Below are positions 48,756-57,664 of a DNA stretch of 64,000 nt, one piece after another (positions within the stretch are counted from its first letter, which is position 1; the number at the start of each line of letters is the position of its first letter). The DNA is from an uncultured Eubacteriales bacterium (GTDB lineage Bacteria; Bacillota; Clostridia; RUG12999), in the NCBI GenBank assembly GCA_964592375.1, contig CAZQDP010000001.1, positions 12,751-76,750 of the forward strand, written 5' to 3'. The position numbers and the translations under genes are program-made. The notes under the pieces are model-generated. The model did no database searches and was not told the DNA's origin. It saw only the letters and a list, made by a program, of their open reading frames with translations.

Positions 48756-49697
48756 ATGCTGGGAAACAAAAAGGATCTGCTGGGGATCAAAGATCTTACT
48801 GCAGAGGAAATACAGTATATTCTAAGCAATGCAGCTACAATGAAGCATATCATCATGCAAAACAACAAAAAGACACCGCATTTGCGAGGCAAATCTGTTG
48901 TAACATTATTCTACGAAAACAGTACAAGAACAAGACTTTCCTTTGAGCTTGCAGGGAAATATTTGAGTGCAGACACCGCAAATATTACCGCCTCCGGAAG
49001 CAGTATTCAAAAGGGTGAAAACCTTCTGGATACCGGACGAACACTGAATATGATGGGGACGGATATCATTGTGATGCGTCACCCCTGTTCCGGCGCACCT
49101 CATTTTTTAGCAAAGCATATCAAAGCATCGGTAATCAATGCCGGCGATGGAATCAATGAACACCCCACGCAAGCACTTCTTGATATGTTTACGATTTTGG
49201 AAAAGAAAAAAGAGATTAAAGGACAAAAAGTCGCTATTCTAGGTGATGTATATCATAGCAGAGTGGCACGCAGCAATATATACGGACTGACGAAAATGGG
49301 AGCAGAGGTATGCATTGGGGCACCGGCTACCCTTCTGCCGCCGGGCATTGAAAAAATGGGCGTTAAAGTATACCCAAGTGTGCAAGAGGCGATGATTGAC
49401 GCGGATGTTGTTATGAACCTTCGAATTCAGACCGAAAGGCAAAAACGAGGGCTGTTTCCTTCCACAAGGGAATATGCAAGATTTTTCGGAGTAGATGAAG
49501 CACGCCTTCAGTATGCAAAGCCGGATGCACTCATTATGCATCCCGGACCTGTAAACCGAGGCGTGGAGATTACCAGTGCGGTGGCTGACCATAAGCGCAG
49601 TGTAATTGATGAACAGGTGCTCAACGGTGTAGCCGTTAGAATGGCACTGCTGTATATTTTTGCACGGAAGGGTGGTTCCAATGAGAATATTGATTAA
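48756..49697 (+). CDS. pyrB: Aspartate carbamoyltransferase catalytic subunit
   Basis: It has the STRTR motif, HPTQ and an HPGP region. Confidence 0.9.
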   Translation: MLGNKKDLLGIKDLTAEEIQYILSNAATMKHIIMQNNKKTPHLRGKSVVTLFYENSTRTRLSFELAGKYLSADTANITASGSSIQKGENLLDTGRTLNMMGTDIIVMRHPCSGAPHFLAKHIKASVINAGDGINEHPTQALLDMFTILEKKKEIKGQKVAILGDVYHSRVARSNIYGLTKMGAEVCIGAPATLLPPGIEKMGVKVYPSVQEAMIDADVVMNLRIQTERQKRGLFPSTREYARFFGVDEARLQYAKPDALIMHPGPVNRGVEITSAVADHKRSVIDEQVLNGVAVRMALLYIFARKGGSNENID

Positions 49698-50976
49698 AGG
49701 TGGGCGTGTTATTGACCCCAGCAGTGGGGTTGATGAAGTCAAGGATATTTATATTTCAAAAGGCATCATTGCTGATATTGATCAGGATATTGAACTGGAT
49801 GATTTGGAGGACATTGTCATAATTCATGCCTCCGGAAAAATTGTGGCACCGGGCCTTGTGGACATGCATTGTCATCTGAGAGATCCCGGCTTTGAATATA
49901 AGGAAACCATTGAAACAGGTACGCGAAGTGCAGCAGTGGGTGGGTTTACCTCCATCGCTTGTATGCCAAACACCAATCCTGTTATTGACAACAAGGCGGT
50001 GGTGGAATACATTCTCTCTCGTGCAAGTAGTTGCGGCGAAGTGAATGTTTATCCTATCGGCGCCATTACAAAAGGATTGCAAGGCGAGGAGCTTTCGGAA
50101 ATCGGAGAGCTCAAATTTGCCGGTGTTGCGGGGATATCGGATGATGGCAAACCCGTTACCAATGCGAACCTAATGAGAAGAGCACTCCAGTATGCTACGA
50201 TGTTTGATACCGTTGTGATTTCGCACTGCGAAGACTTAAGCTTAGCTGCTGACGGGGTGATGAACGAAGGATATATGTCAACAATGATGGGTCTAAAAGG
50301 CATCCCGTGTGTGGCCGAGGAGGCCATGGTGGCTAGAGACATTCTTTTAGCGGAGGTAGCCGGTGCCAATTTACACATTGCTCATGTGAGCACAAAAGGC
50401 TCTGTGGCACTGGTTCGCGCCGCGAAACAAAAAGGAATTCAAGTCACTTGCGAGACCTGTCCTCATTATTTTACGCTTACAGAGGATGCGGTAGCAAACT
50501 ACAACACAAATGCAAAAATAAACCCGCCGCTACGCACAGCAGAGGATGTGGAGGCAGTCATGCAAGGGCTGAGGGACGGCACAATTGATGCCATTGCTAC
50601 AGATCATGCTCCGCACCATCTTGATGAAAAAATGGTCGAATTTGATTATGCGGCAAATGGAATTGTGGGCTTTGAAACTGCACTGGGCCTTGGCGTAACC
50701 TATTTGGTAAACACAGGTGTCCTCACCATTAGCGAGCTGATTGCCAAAATGTCGGCCAATCCGGCTGATATTTTAGGGCTGAACAAAGGAAGGCTTACCA
50801 TTGGCCGTCCGGCGGATGTTGTTGTGATTGACACGGAGGAAGAATACTCGGTGGACACCTCCTTGTTTTTATCAAAAAGCAAAAACTCGCCGTATCACGG
50901 CTATAAGCTAAAAGGAAAAGCAGAATATACCATTGTGGGCGGCAGAATTGTGGTTCAAAATGGAGTGATTAAATAA
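49681..50976 (+). CDS. pyrC: Dihydroorotase
   Basis: It has the metal-binding motifs DMHCHLR and ...DHAPH... The start MRILIKGG is at 49681. Confidence 0.85.
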   Translation: MRILIKGGRVIDPSSGVDEVKDIYISKGIIADIDQDIELDDLEDIVIIHASGKIVAPGLVDMHCHLRDPGFEYKETIETGTRSAAVGGFTSIACMPNTNPVIDNKAVVEYILSRASSCGEVNVYPIGAITKGLQGEELSEIGELKFAGVAGISDDGKPVTNANLMRRALQYATMFDTVVISHCEDLSLAADGVMNEGYMSTMMGLKGIPCVAEEAMVARDILLAEVAGANLHIAHVSTKGSVALVRAAKQKGIQVTCETCPHYFTLTEDAVANYNTNAKINPPLRTAEDVEAVMQGLRDGTIDAIATDHAPHHLDEKMVEFDYAANGIVGFETALGLGVTYLVNTGVLTISELIAKMSANPADILGLNKGRLTIGRPADVVVIDTEEEYSVDTSLFLSKSKNSPYHGYKLKGKAEYTIVGGRIVVQNGVIK

Positions 50977-50985
50977 AAGGGGTTT

Positions 50986-51912
50986 TTGAAAATGTCGGCT
51001 GACAGGCTTATTTCTCTTATACAGAAAAAAAATAATCCCACTGTTGTAGGGCTTGATCCAAAACTAGCGTTTATTCCATCCTTTATTATGGAAAAGAGTA
51101 TAAAGGAATATGGGAAAACCTTAGAAGCGGCGGCGGATGCAATTGAAATATTTAACATGGGGCTCATTGACGCGCTCTATGATATTGTACCTGCCATAAA
51201 ACCCCAATCGGCTTATTATGAAATGTATGGACTGCCGGGGCTTCGTGCTATGCAAAAGACCATAGCTTATGCCAAGAAAAAGGGGCTTTATGTGATTTTA
51301 GATGTCAAGCGCAATGATATCGGTACCACCGCACAGGCTTATTCGGCGGCTTATCTTGGAAAGACGGATATATGCGGCCAGAATTGTGAAGCTTTTCCTG
51401 TGGATGCAGTGACAATCAATGCGTATTTGGGAAGTGATGGCATTGAACCGTTTATAAAGGATTGTATTGCATATGATAAAGCGATGTTCATTTTAGTAAA
51501 GACCTCCAATCCATCCTCCGGACAACTTCAGGATTTATCCTTAGGGGACATGGCTGTATATGAAAAGATGGCGGAACTTGTAAATGGGTGGGGGGATGGT
51601 ACAATCGGTAGCAATGGCTACAGCAGTATCGGTGCAGTGGTAGGCGCCACCTATCCTGCGCAGGCGAAGGTACTCAGAAGCCTGATGCCCCATGCGATTT
51701 TCTTGGTACCCGGTTACGGTGCACAGGGCGGCTCGGCCGCAGATGTGCGCCCTGCTTTTCACAAAGACGGCAAAGGGGCCATTGTCAATTCCTCAAGGGG
51801 AATCATGTGTGCCTATCAGTCCGGCGGATTCAGTGAGTTGGACTATGCCTTGGCGGCAAGAAACGAAGCGCTACGGATGCAAAAGGAGTTGAATGAAGTT
51901 TGCTTTGGGTAA
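50986..51912 (+). CDS. pyrF: Orotidine 5'-phosphate decarboxylase (long type-2 form)
   Basis: It has VGLDP and DVKRNDIG motifs and is 308 aa. Confidence 0.8.
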   Translation: MKMSADRLISLIQKKNNPTVVGLDPKLAFIPSFIMEKSIKEYGKTLEAAADAIEIFNMGLIDALYDIVPAIKPQSAYYEMYGLPGLRAMQKTIAYAKKKGLYVILDVKRNDIGTTAQAYSAAYLGKTDICGQNCEAFPVDAVTINAYLGSDGIEPFIKDCIAYDKAMFILVKTSNPSSGQLQDLSLGDMAVYEKMAELVNGWGDGTIGSNGYSSIGAVVGATYPAQAKVLRSLMPHAIFLVPGYGAQGGSAADVRPAFHKDGKGAIVNSSRGIMCAYQSGGFSELDYALAARNEALRMQKELNEVCFG

Positions 51913-51950
51913 AAGGCGTTACAATATCAAATAAGCAAATTGCAAGTGGC

Positions 51951-52661
51951 ATGATGGATATGAAAATAAATTGTCCACAGGTTGCTAAAACAGCAAAGCC
52001 GGGGCAATTTGTCAATGTGCTTTGTAGTGGTGGGCAGGCGTTTTTGCGCCGGCCTATTAGTATTTGTGACTGCAAGGATAACGTTCTTCGCATTATCTAC
52101 GAAATCAAGGGCAAGGGAACGGCACTGCTTGCAAAGTATGAAGCGGGAAGCGAAGTGGATATGCTTGCGCCTTTGGGCAATGGATTTACAGTAAGTCCTA
52201 TACATAAAAACCCCATTATCATCGGTGGGGGCATCGGGGTTTATCCGCTTTTGATGCTGGCAAAAAAGCTAAATAATCCTCATATTTTCTTAGGATTTAG
52301 AGATGAATCGAGGGTAACACTGCATGAAGAGTTTGGGCGAATTGGTACAACCTATTTATGTACAGATGATGGAAGCTGTGGCATTCACGGCTTTGCAACC
52401 GACGAGGCAGAAAAAATCATTACACAAAATCAAAGCGAAATCATTTATGCCTGCGGCCCGGCACCAATGCTAAAAGCGGTAGTAGCACTTGCAAATAAAC
52501 ATGGCATTGCTTCGCAAATTTCCATGGAGGAGCGAATGGGTTGTGGAATTGGTGCATGTCTTGTTTGTGCATGCAAAACAAAAAAAGGGGAAAACTGGGA
52601 ATATTCCCATGTGTGTAGTGACGGCCCCGTTTTTAAAGGGGAGTGTGTTGTTTTTGAATGA
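51951..52661 (+). CDS. pyrK: Dihydroorotate dehydrogenase electron-transfer subunit
   Basis: It has an FAD/NAD-binding ferredoxin-reductase-like fold and a C-terminal 2Fe-2S Cys cluster (CGIGACLVCAC). The start is uncertain; in-frame ATGs lie at 51951, 51954 and 51960. Confidence 0.75.
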   Translation: MMDMKINCPQVAKTAKPGQFVNVLCSGGQAFLRRPISICDCKDNVLRIIYEIKGKGTALLAKYEAGSEVDMLAPLGNGFTVSPIHKNPIIIGGGIGVYPLLMLAKKLNNPHIFLGFRDESRVTLHEEFGRIGTTYLCTDDGSCGIHGFATDEAEKIITQNQSEIIYACGPAPMLKAVVALANKHGIASQISMEERMGCGIGACLVCACKTKKGENWEYSHVCSDGPVFKGECVVFE

Positions 52662-53571
52662 ACCTTGCTTAAAAGTGAATATTGCCGGCGTAGAGCTTAA
52701 GAACCCGGTGATTACCGGCTCGGGCACCTTTGGATTTGGCAAAGAATATGGCAATTTTTTTGATTTATCCCAATTGGGCGGCATCTGTGTCAAAGGGCTG
52801 ACCATAGAGGAGCGGCAGGGAAATCCGCCTCCTCGCATCGCAGAAACGCCTTCCGGTATTTTAAACAGTGTGGGCCTACAAAATCCTGGAATTGCAAGAT
52901 ACTTGGATACAGAGCTTTTAAGACTTCGCCAATATGATACGGTTATTATCGCAAATATTTCGGGCAATACAGTGGAGGAATACTGCGAAATGGCAGCAAT
53001 GGTATCGGGTAGCAGTACCGATATGGTGGAGATGAATATTTCTTGTCCCAATGTAAAGCAGGGCGGTGTTGCCTTTGGAACCGATCCGGATATGGTGCTC
53101 AAAATCACCGAAAAGGTAAGAGCCTGCTGTACAAAACCGTTGATTGTGAAGTTATCACCCAATGTAACGGATATTACGCTTACTGCCAAGGCGGCCAAGG
53201 CCGGTGGAGCGGATGCCATCTCCCTTATCAACACCATCACAGGCATGGCCATTGATTATAAAACCAGAAGACCTATTTTAAAAAATAACATTGGTGGCCT
53301 TTCCGGGCCAGCCGTAAAGCCGGTTGCATTGCGCATGGTATGGCAGGTATACAACACCGTGGATCTGCCCATCATTGGTATGGGTGGGATATGCACCTTT
53401 GAGGATGCCATTGAGTTTATGTTAGCAGGTGCCAGTGCGGTTGCAATCGGAACATATCAATTTATAGCGCCCACTGCGGCTGTCGCTGTGGTAGAGGGGC
53501 TTCGCCAATATTGCATAGAAAATGAAATTGAAAATATTAGCAGTATCGTCGGGAAATTGGAAATATGGTAA
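52654..53571 (+). CDS. pyrD: Dihydroorotate dehydrogenase catalytic subunit (class 1B)
   Basis: It has GSGTFG and an NISCPN active-site Cys region. The TTG start at 52654 follows the RBS AAAGGGGAG and overlaps the pyrK stop. Confidence 0.85.
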   Translation: MNEPCLKVNIAGVELKNPVITGSGTFGFGKEYGNFFDLSQLGGICVKGLTIEERQGNPPPRIAETPSGILNSVGLQNPGIARYLDTELLRLRQYDTVIIANISGNTVEEYCEMAAMVSGSSTDMVEMNISCPNVKQGGVAFGTDPDMVLKITEKVRACCTKPLIVKLSPNVTDITLTAKAAKAGGADAISLINTITGMAIDYKTRRPILKNNIGGLSGPAVKPVALRMVWQVYNTVDLPIIGMGGICTFEDAIEFMLAGASAVAIGTYQFIAPTAAVAVVEGLRQYCIENEIENISSIVGKLEIW

Positions 53572-53584
53572 ATGGGAGATTAGC

Positions 53585-54244
53585 ATGACAAAACTGATTT
53601 TTGTTCGCCATGGCGAAGCTGAGGGAAATGTAGAGCGGTTTTTTCATGGGCATTATAATTCCAATATGACCTATAATGGACATATGCAGGCAAGAGCTAC
53701 TGCAAAGTTGCTTTCAAAAGAGCCATTAGACGTGATATATTCCAGTGACCTGCGCAGGGCCATAGACACAGCAGGCTATGTAGCAAGGTGCAAGGGGATG
53801 GACATTCTTCTTCGCCATGAGCTTAGGGAAATCAACGGTGGTCATTGGGAGAATTTGATGTGGGATGAACTGCCAGAGAAGTATCCATTGGAGTATGAGC
53901 ATTGGCTCAGCTTCCCTCACTTGCTTCACATGCCGGGTGGCGAGCGTATGCAAGATTTTGCTTGCAGGGTGCAGGGGGCTATCAATGAAATTATCACTGC
54001 CAATAGTGGGAAGACAATCGCAATTTTTACGCATGGGACTGTGATTAAAACCATGATGTGTCTTTGGAAAGGGTTTTCACTTGCGGATTTTCCGCGGTTA
54101 AAATGGCACGATAATGCCTCGGTTACCATGGTGGACTTTTTAGGTGACCATTTTCATATTGTGCAAGAAGGGTACAATGCACATTTGGGAGAGCTTAGTA
54201 CACTAAATAAACAGGATTGGTGGAAAGCCAATTCGAAAGGATGA
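53585..54244 (+). CDS. Histidine phosphatase family protein (phosphoglycerate-mutase-like)
   Basis: It has the catalytic RHGE motif (LIFVRHGEAEGN) and a later HG...T region. Confidence 0.7.
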   Translation: MTKLIFVRHGEAEGNVERFFHGHYNSNMTYNGHMQARATAKLLSKEPLDVIYSSDLRRAIDTAGYVARCKGMDILLRHELREINGGHWENLMWDELPEKYPLEYEHWLSFPHLLHMPGGERMQDFACRVQGAINEIITANSGKTIAIFTHGTVIKTMMCLWKGFSLADFPRLKWHDNASVTMVDFLGDHFHIVQEGYNAHLGELSTLNKQDWWKANSKG

Positions 54245-54250
54245 TGATAT

Positions 54251-55219
54251 ATGCCACTTGTTGATATGTCACTGGAGAAATTGTTCTGCTATGAAGGGAC
54301 GAACCCAAAACCTCAAGATTTTGATGCGTATTGGGAGCGCGCCTTGGAGGAAATGAAAGCGACAGATCCTCAGGTTACGCTTGTTCCTTCTTCATTTCAA
54401 GCGCCGCATGCAGAGTGCTTTCATTTATATTTTACCGGAGCGGGGAAAAGCAGAATTCATGCCAAATTTGCAAGACCCAAAAACAGGGAGGGGAAATGCC
54501 CTGCTGTGCTGATGTTTCACGGCTATGGGAGTCATAGCGGTGATTGGTGGGATAAGCTTGCCTATGTAGGAGAAGGATTTTGCGTGGCTGCCATGGACTG
54601 TAGGGGACAGGCAGGTAAATCCGAAGATCTAGGTAGCGTAAGCGGTACAACACAAAATGGCCACATCGTAAGAGGGTTAGACGATGCGCCGGACAAGTTG
54701 CTTTTTAAAAGTGTATTCTTAGATACAGCGCTTCTTGCAGACATTATCATCAATATGCCAGAAGTCGATGAGCAAAGAGTCGGCTGCATTGGAGGGTCGC
54801 AGGGCGGTGGTTTATCCCTTGCCTGTGCTTCCTTAGAGCCACGCATCAAAAGAGCTGGATCCACATTCCCTTTTTTAAGTGATTATCAGCGTGTGTGGAA
54901 CATGGACCTAGCTGCCGGGGCATATGCAGAACTCAAAACATATTTCCGTAATTTTGATCCACGCCACGAGAGAGAAGAAGAGATTTTCACAAGGCTTGGA
55001 TATATTGATATTCAGTATTTGGTTCCCCGAATAAAAGCAGAAGTTTTTATGGCAACGGGATTGATGGATACCATATGTCCGCCGTCAACGCAGTTTGCGG
55101 CATATAATAAAATTACATCCAAAAAGGAGATGAAAATATATCCTGATTTTGGTCATGAGAGCTTACCGGAGTTTAACGATATGGTATACCGGTTTATCAT
55201 GGGCCTGAAGGATCTATGA
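54251..55219 (+). CDS. CE7 family acetyl xylan esterase / cephalosporin-C deacetylase-like alpha/beta hydrolase
   Basis: It has the GGSQGGG nucleophile elbow and a GYGSH region; the overall pattern matches AXE1/CE7. Confidence 0.7.
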   Translation: MPLVDMSLEKLFCYEGTNPKPQDFDAYWERALEEMKATDPQVTLVPSSFQAPHAECFHLYFTGAGKSRIHAKFARPKNREGKCPAVLMFHGYGSHSGDWWDKLAYVGEGFCVAAMDCRGQAGKSEDLGSVSGTTQNGHIVRGLDDAPDKLLFKSVFLDTALLADIIINMPEVDEQRVGCIGGSQGGGLSLACASLEPRIKRAGSTFPFLSDYQRVWNMDLAAGAYAELKTYFRNFDPRHEREEEIFTRLGYIDIQYLVPRIKAEVFMATGLMDTICPPSTQFAAYNKITSKKEMKIYPDFGHESLPEFNDMVYRFIMGLKDL

Positions 55220-56322
55220 GCAGGGATTTTGGCAGGACACTCAGAGAGATGGATAAAACTTTGCTAATTGCAGTGATTGCAATTAGTTTATTTGGCATTG
55301 TTGTCATAACCAGTGCGACCAAAAGCATAGGTATGAGATATCCCATTGTGCAAACCATATCCTTTCTCGTGGGGCTCTTTACCATTTTCGTCGCTTCGTC
55401 CGTGGATTATGATGTGTTTAGCCGAAATGCCAAATACATTTATATGGTCAATCTATTTTTGCTTGTCATTGTGCTCATTGGCGGCGTTGGCAAGGAAGTG
55501 GGTGGAATTAGCTGGCTTCGGTTTGGGTCATATTTAGGATTGCAGCCATCCGAGCTTGTAAAGGTAGGGTTTATCATTACACTTGCGCGGCATCTTGAAA
55601 AGGTAAAGGACAGTATCAATCGCTTTATGCCTTTTATTGGTGTTCTTTTGCATATTGGTCTGCTTTTACTGTTGGTTCTGATGCAACCAGACTATGGAAC
55701 GGCCATGGTATATATTTTTATATCCATTTGTATGATCCTTGTGGCAGGATTGCAGTATCGTTATTTTGTAGGTTTTTTTGGTGCATTTTTAGCGTTTGCA
55801 CCCATTGCATGGTTTTTCATATTAAAACCATACCAAAAAAATCGGTTTTTGGTGTTCCTCAATCCGGAATTTGACCCTTCGGATGCAGGGTATCAGGTCA
55901 TACAATCAAAGATAGCCATTGGCTCCGGCGGTTTTTTGGGGCAGGGCCTTATGAAGGGCACGCAAACACAGCTTGGTCTTTTACCTGCAAAGCATACGGA
56001 TTTTATTTTTGCCGTTATCGGAGAGGAAGCAGGCTTTTTGGGGTGTATCATTGCCATTGGTCTGTTGATATTTATCATATTTAAGTGCATTAATATTGCA
56101 AGGGTAGCAAAGGACGATTTTGGGATGTTTATATCCATCGGCGTTGCCGCTATGTTGCTTTTTCAAACGTTTGAAAATGTGGGTATGTGCATTGGTGTCA
56201 TGCCGGTTACAGGCATACCACTACCGTTTTTAAGCTATGGAGGCTCCTCCATGCTCACTAATCTGCTTGCCATCGGTCTTGTTATTAATGTTTGGATTAG
56301 GAGAAGAATTATCAATTTCTAA
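55216..56322 (+). CDS. SEDS family peptidoglycan glycosyltransferase (FtsW/RodA/SpoVE-like)
   Basis: It has about 10 TM helices and the conserved PLPFLSYGGSS region. Confidence 0.8.
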   Translation: MSRDFGRTLREMDKTLLIAVIAISLFGIVVITSATKSIGMRYPIVQTISFLVGLFTIFVASSVDYDVFSRNAKYIYMVNLFLLVIVLIGGVGKEVGGISWLRFGSYLGLQPSELVKVGFIITLARHLEKVKDSINRFMPFIGVLLHIGLLLLLVLMQPDYGTAMVYIFISICMILVAGLQYRYFVGFFGAFLAFAPIAWFFILKPYQKNRFLVFLNPEFDPSDAGYQVIQSKIAIGSGGFLGQGLMKGTQTQLGLLPAKHTDFIFAVIGEEAGFLGCIIAIGLLIFIIFKCINIARVAKDDFGMFISIGVAAMLLFQTFENVGMCIGVMPVTGIPLPFLSYGGSSMLTNLLAIGLVINVWIRRRIINF

Positions 56323-56344
56323 TCGCATAGAAGGGAAGGATATT

Positions 56345-57154
56345 TTGGATAATCGATATATTGGCGTTTTTGACAGCGGTCTTGGCGGACTCACTGCTGT
56401 AAAAGAGATTATGGAAGTCATGCCGTCTGAAGGCATTGTATATTTTGGCGATACCGGACGCATACCATATGGAACTCGGTCTAATGAAACCATTATTAAA
56501 TATGTGCACAATGACATTCGGTTTTTAAGCACCTTCGATATCAAGTGCATTGTCATGGCATGCGGGACGGCAAGCACCGTAGCCATTGAAGCTGTATCAC
56601 CGATGTATGCCATTCCCATCATGGGGGTGGTAGAGCCGGCGGCTGAAAAAGCAGCAGCAATCACCCGAAATGGAAAAATCGGTGTACTGGGCACGAATGG
56701 CGCCATTGGCTCAGGGAAATATGAAAAAGAGCTATTAAAGTTAAACCCATCGCTTCAAGTATTCTCGAAGGCATGCCCTTTATTTGTCCCGCTCGTTGAA
56801 AACGGGCATACGCACAGCGTAGTTGCACGGCTTGTGGCCGAAGAATATTTGGCAGAGCTAAAAAAAGAGAAAATTGACACAATTATATTGGGTTGCACAC
56901 ATTATCCTTTGCTAAAGGATATTATTTATGATATAATGGATGGCAAGGTACAGTTGGTTGATCCGGGAAGAGAAACTGCTATTCATTTAGACAAAAGATT
57001 GCGAGAAATCGGTGGGCATGCGAGTAAGCCTCCATTGCCGCAATACCGGTTTTTTGTCAGTGATTCTGAGCAGTCGTTTTCAAAGCTTGGCAGTGTTTTT
57101 CTTCATCGCGAAATCAGCGGCAGTGTTAGCAAGGTGGATATTGAACAATACTAA
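56345..57154 (+). CDS. murI: Glutamate racemase
   Basis: It has VFDSGLGGLT and the second catalytic Cys region (MACGTAS). The TTG start at 56345 follows the RBS GAAGGGAAGGA and overlaps the upstream gene's end. Confidence 0.8.
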   Translation: MDNRYIGVFDSGLGGLTAVKEIMEVMPSEGIVYFGDTGRIPYGTRSNETIIKYVHNDIRFLSTFDIKCIVMACGTASTVAIEAVSPMYAIPIMGVVEPAAEKAAAITRNGKIGVLGTNGAIGSGKYEKELLKLNPSLQVFSKACPLFVPLVENGHTHSVVARLVAEEYLAELKKEKIDTIILGCTHYPLLKDIIYDIMDGKVQLVDPGRETAIHLDKRLREIGGHASKPPLPQYRFFVSDSEQSFSKLGSVFLHREISGSVSKVDIEQY

Positions 57155-57196
57155 GAATGTTGATGAACAAATGAGAAGCAGTAAGTGGAGGTTTAT

Positions 57197-57664
57197 ATGA
57201 AAAAGGAAGTGATTATTTCCATTAAGGGTAGCCAGTCTGCCGGAGCGGAACAAGGTGAGCTTATGGAATTTATGACTGAAGGAAAATACTATATCAAGGA
57301 TGGCCAGCATTACATTACATACAAGGAAACTGAGGTTACCGGACTTGACAATACAACGACCACACTCAAAACAGACGGAAAAAAAGTGACGTTAATGCGT
57401 ATGGGTAGCAATAATTCTCAGTTTATTTTCGAGCAGGGCAAGCATTATACCGGCCATTATGAAACGCCATATGGTGCATTTACCATCGGCGTTCTTCCCC
57501 GTGATGTTCAGGTGGATATCAAGGAAAACAGTGGCAACATTCGGGTCAATTACTCTTTGGAACTTAGCGGAGGAGAGATGACCTATAACGATTTTTGTGT
57601 AAACTTTTTTGGGAAAGAATTTTCAAATGATAAGGATGATATAATAAATGGAAAATATAATTGA
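57197..57664 (+). CDS. DUF1934 (YwiB-like) beta-barrel protein
   Basis: It sits directly upstream of argS in the conserved ywiB-argS arrangement and shows a mainly beta-strand pattern. Confidence 0.6.
   Translation: MKKEVIISIKGSQSAGAEQGELMEFMTEGKYYIKDGQHYITYKETEVTGLDNTTTTLKTDGKKVTLMRMGSNNSQFIFEQGKHYTGHYETPYGAFTIGVLPRDVQVDIKENSGNIRVNYSLELSGGEMTYNDFCVNFFGKEFSNDKDDIINGKYN

Noticed and set aside
48121-48760. PyrR-binding attenuator upstream of pyrR or pyrB
   Set aside because: The intergenic spacers are about 20-30 nt and contain no ARUCC-GAGAGG-like loop, so none is reported.
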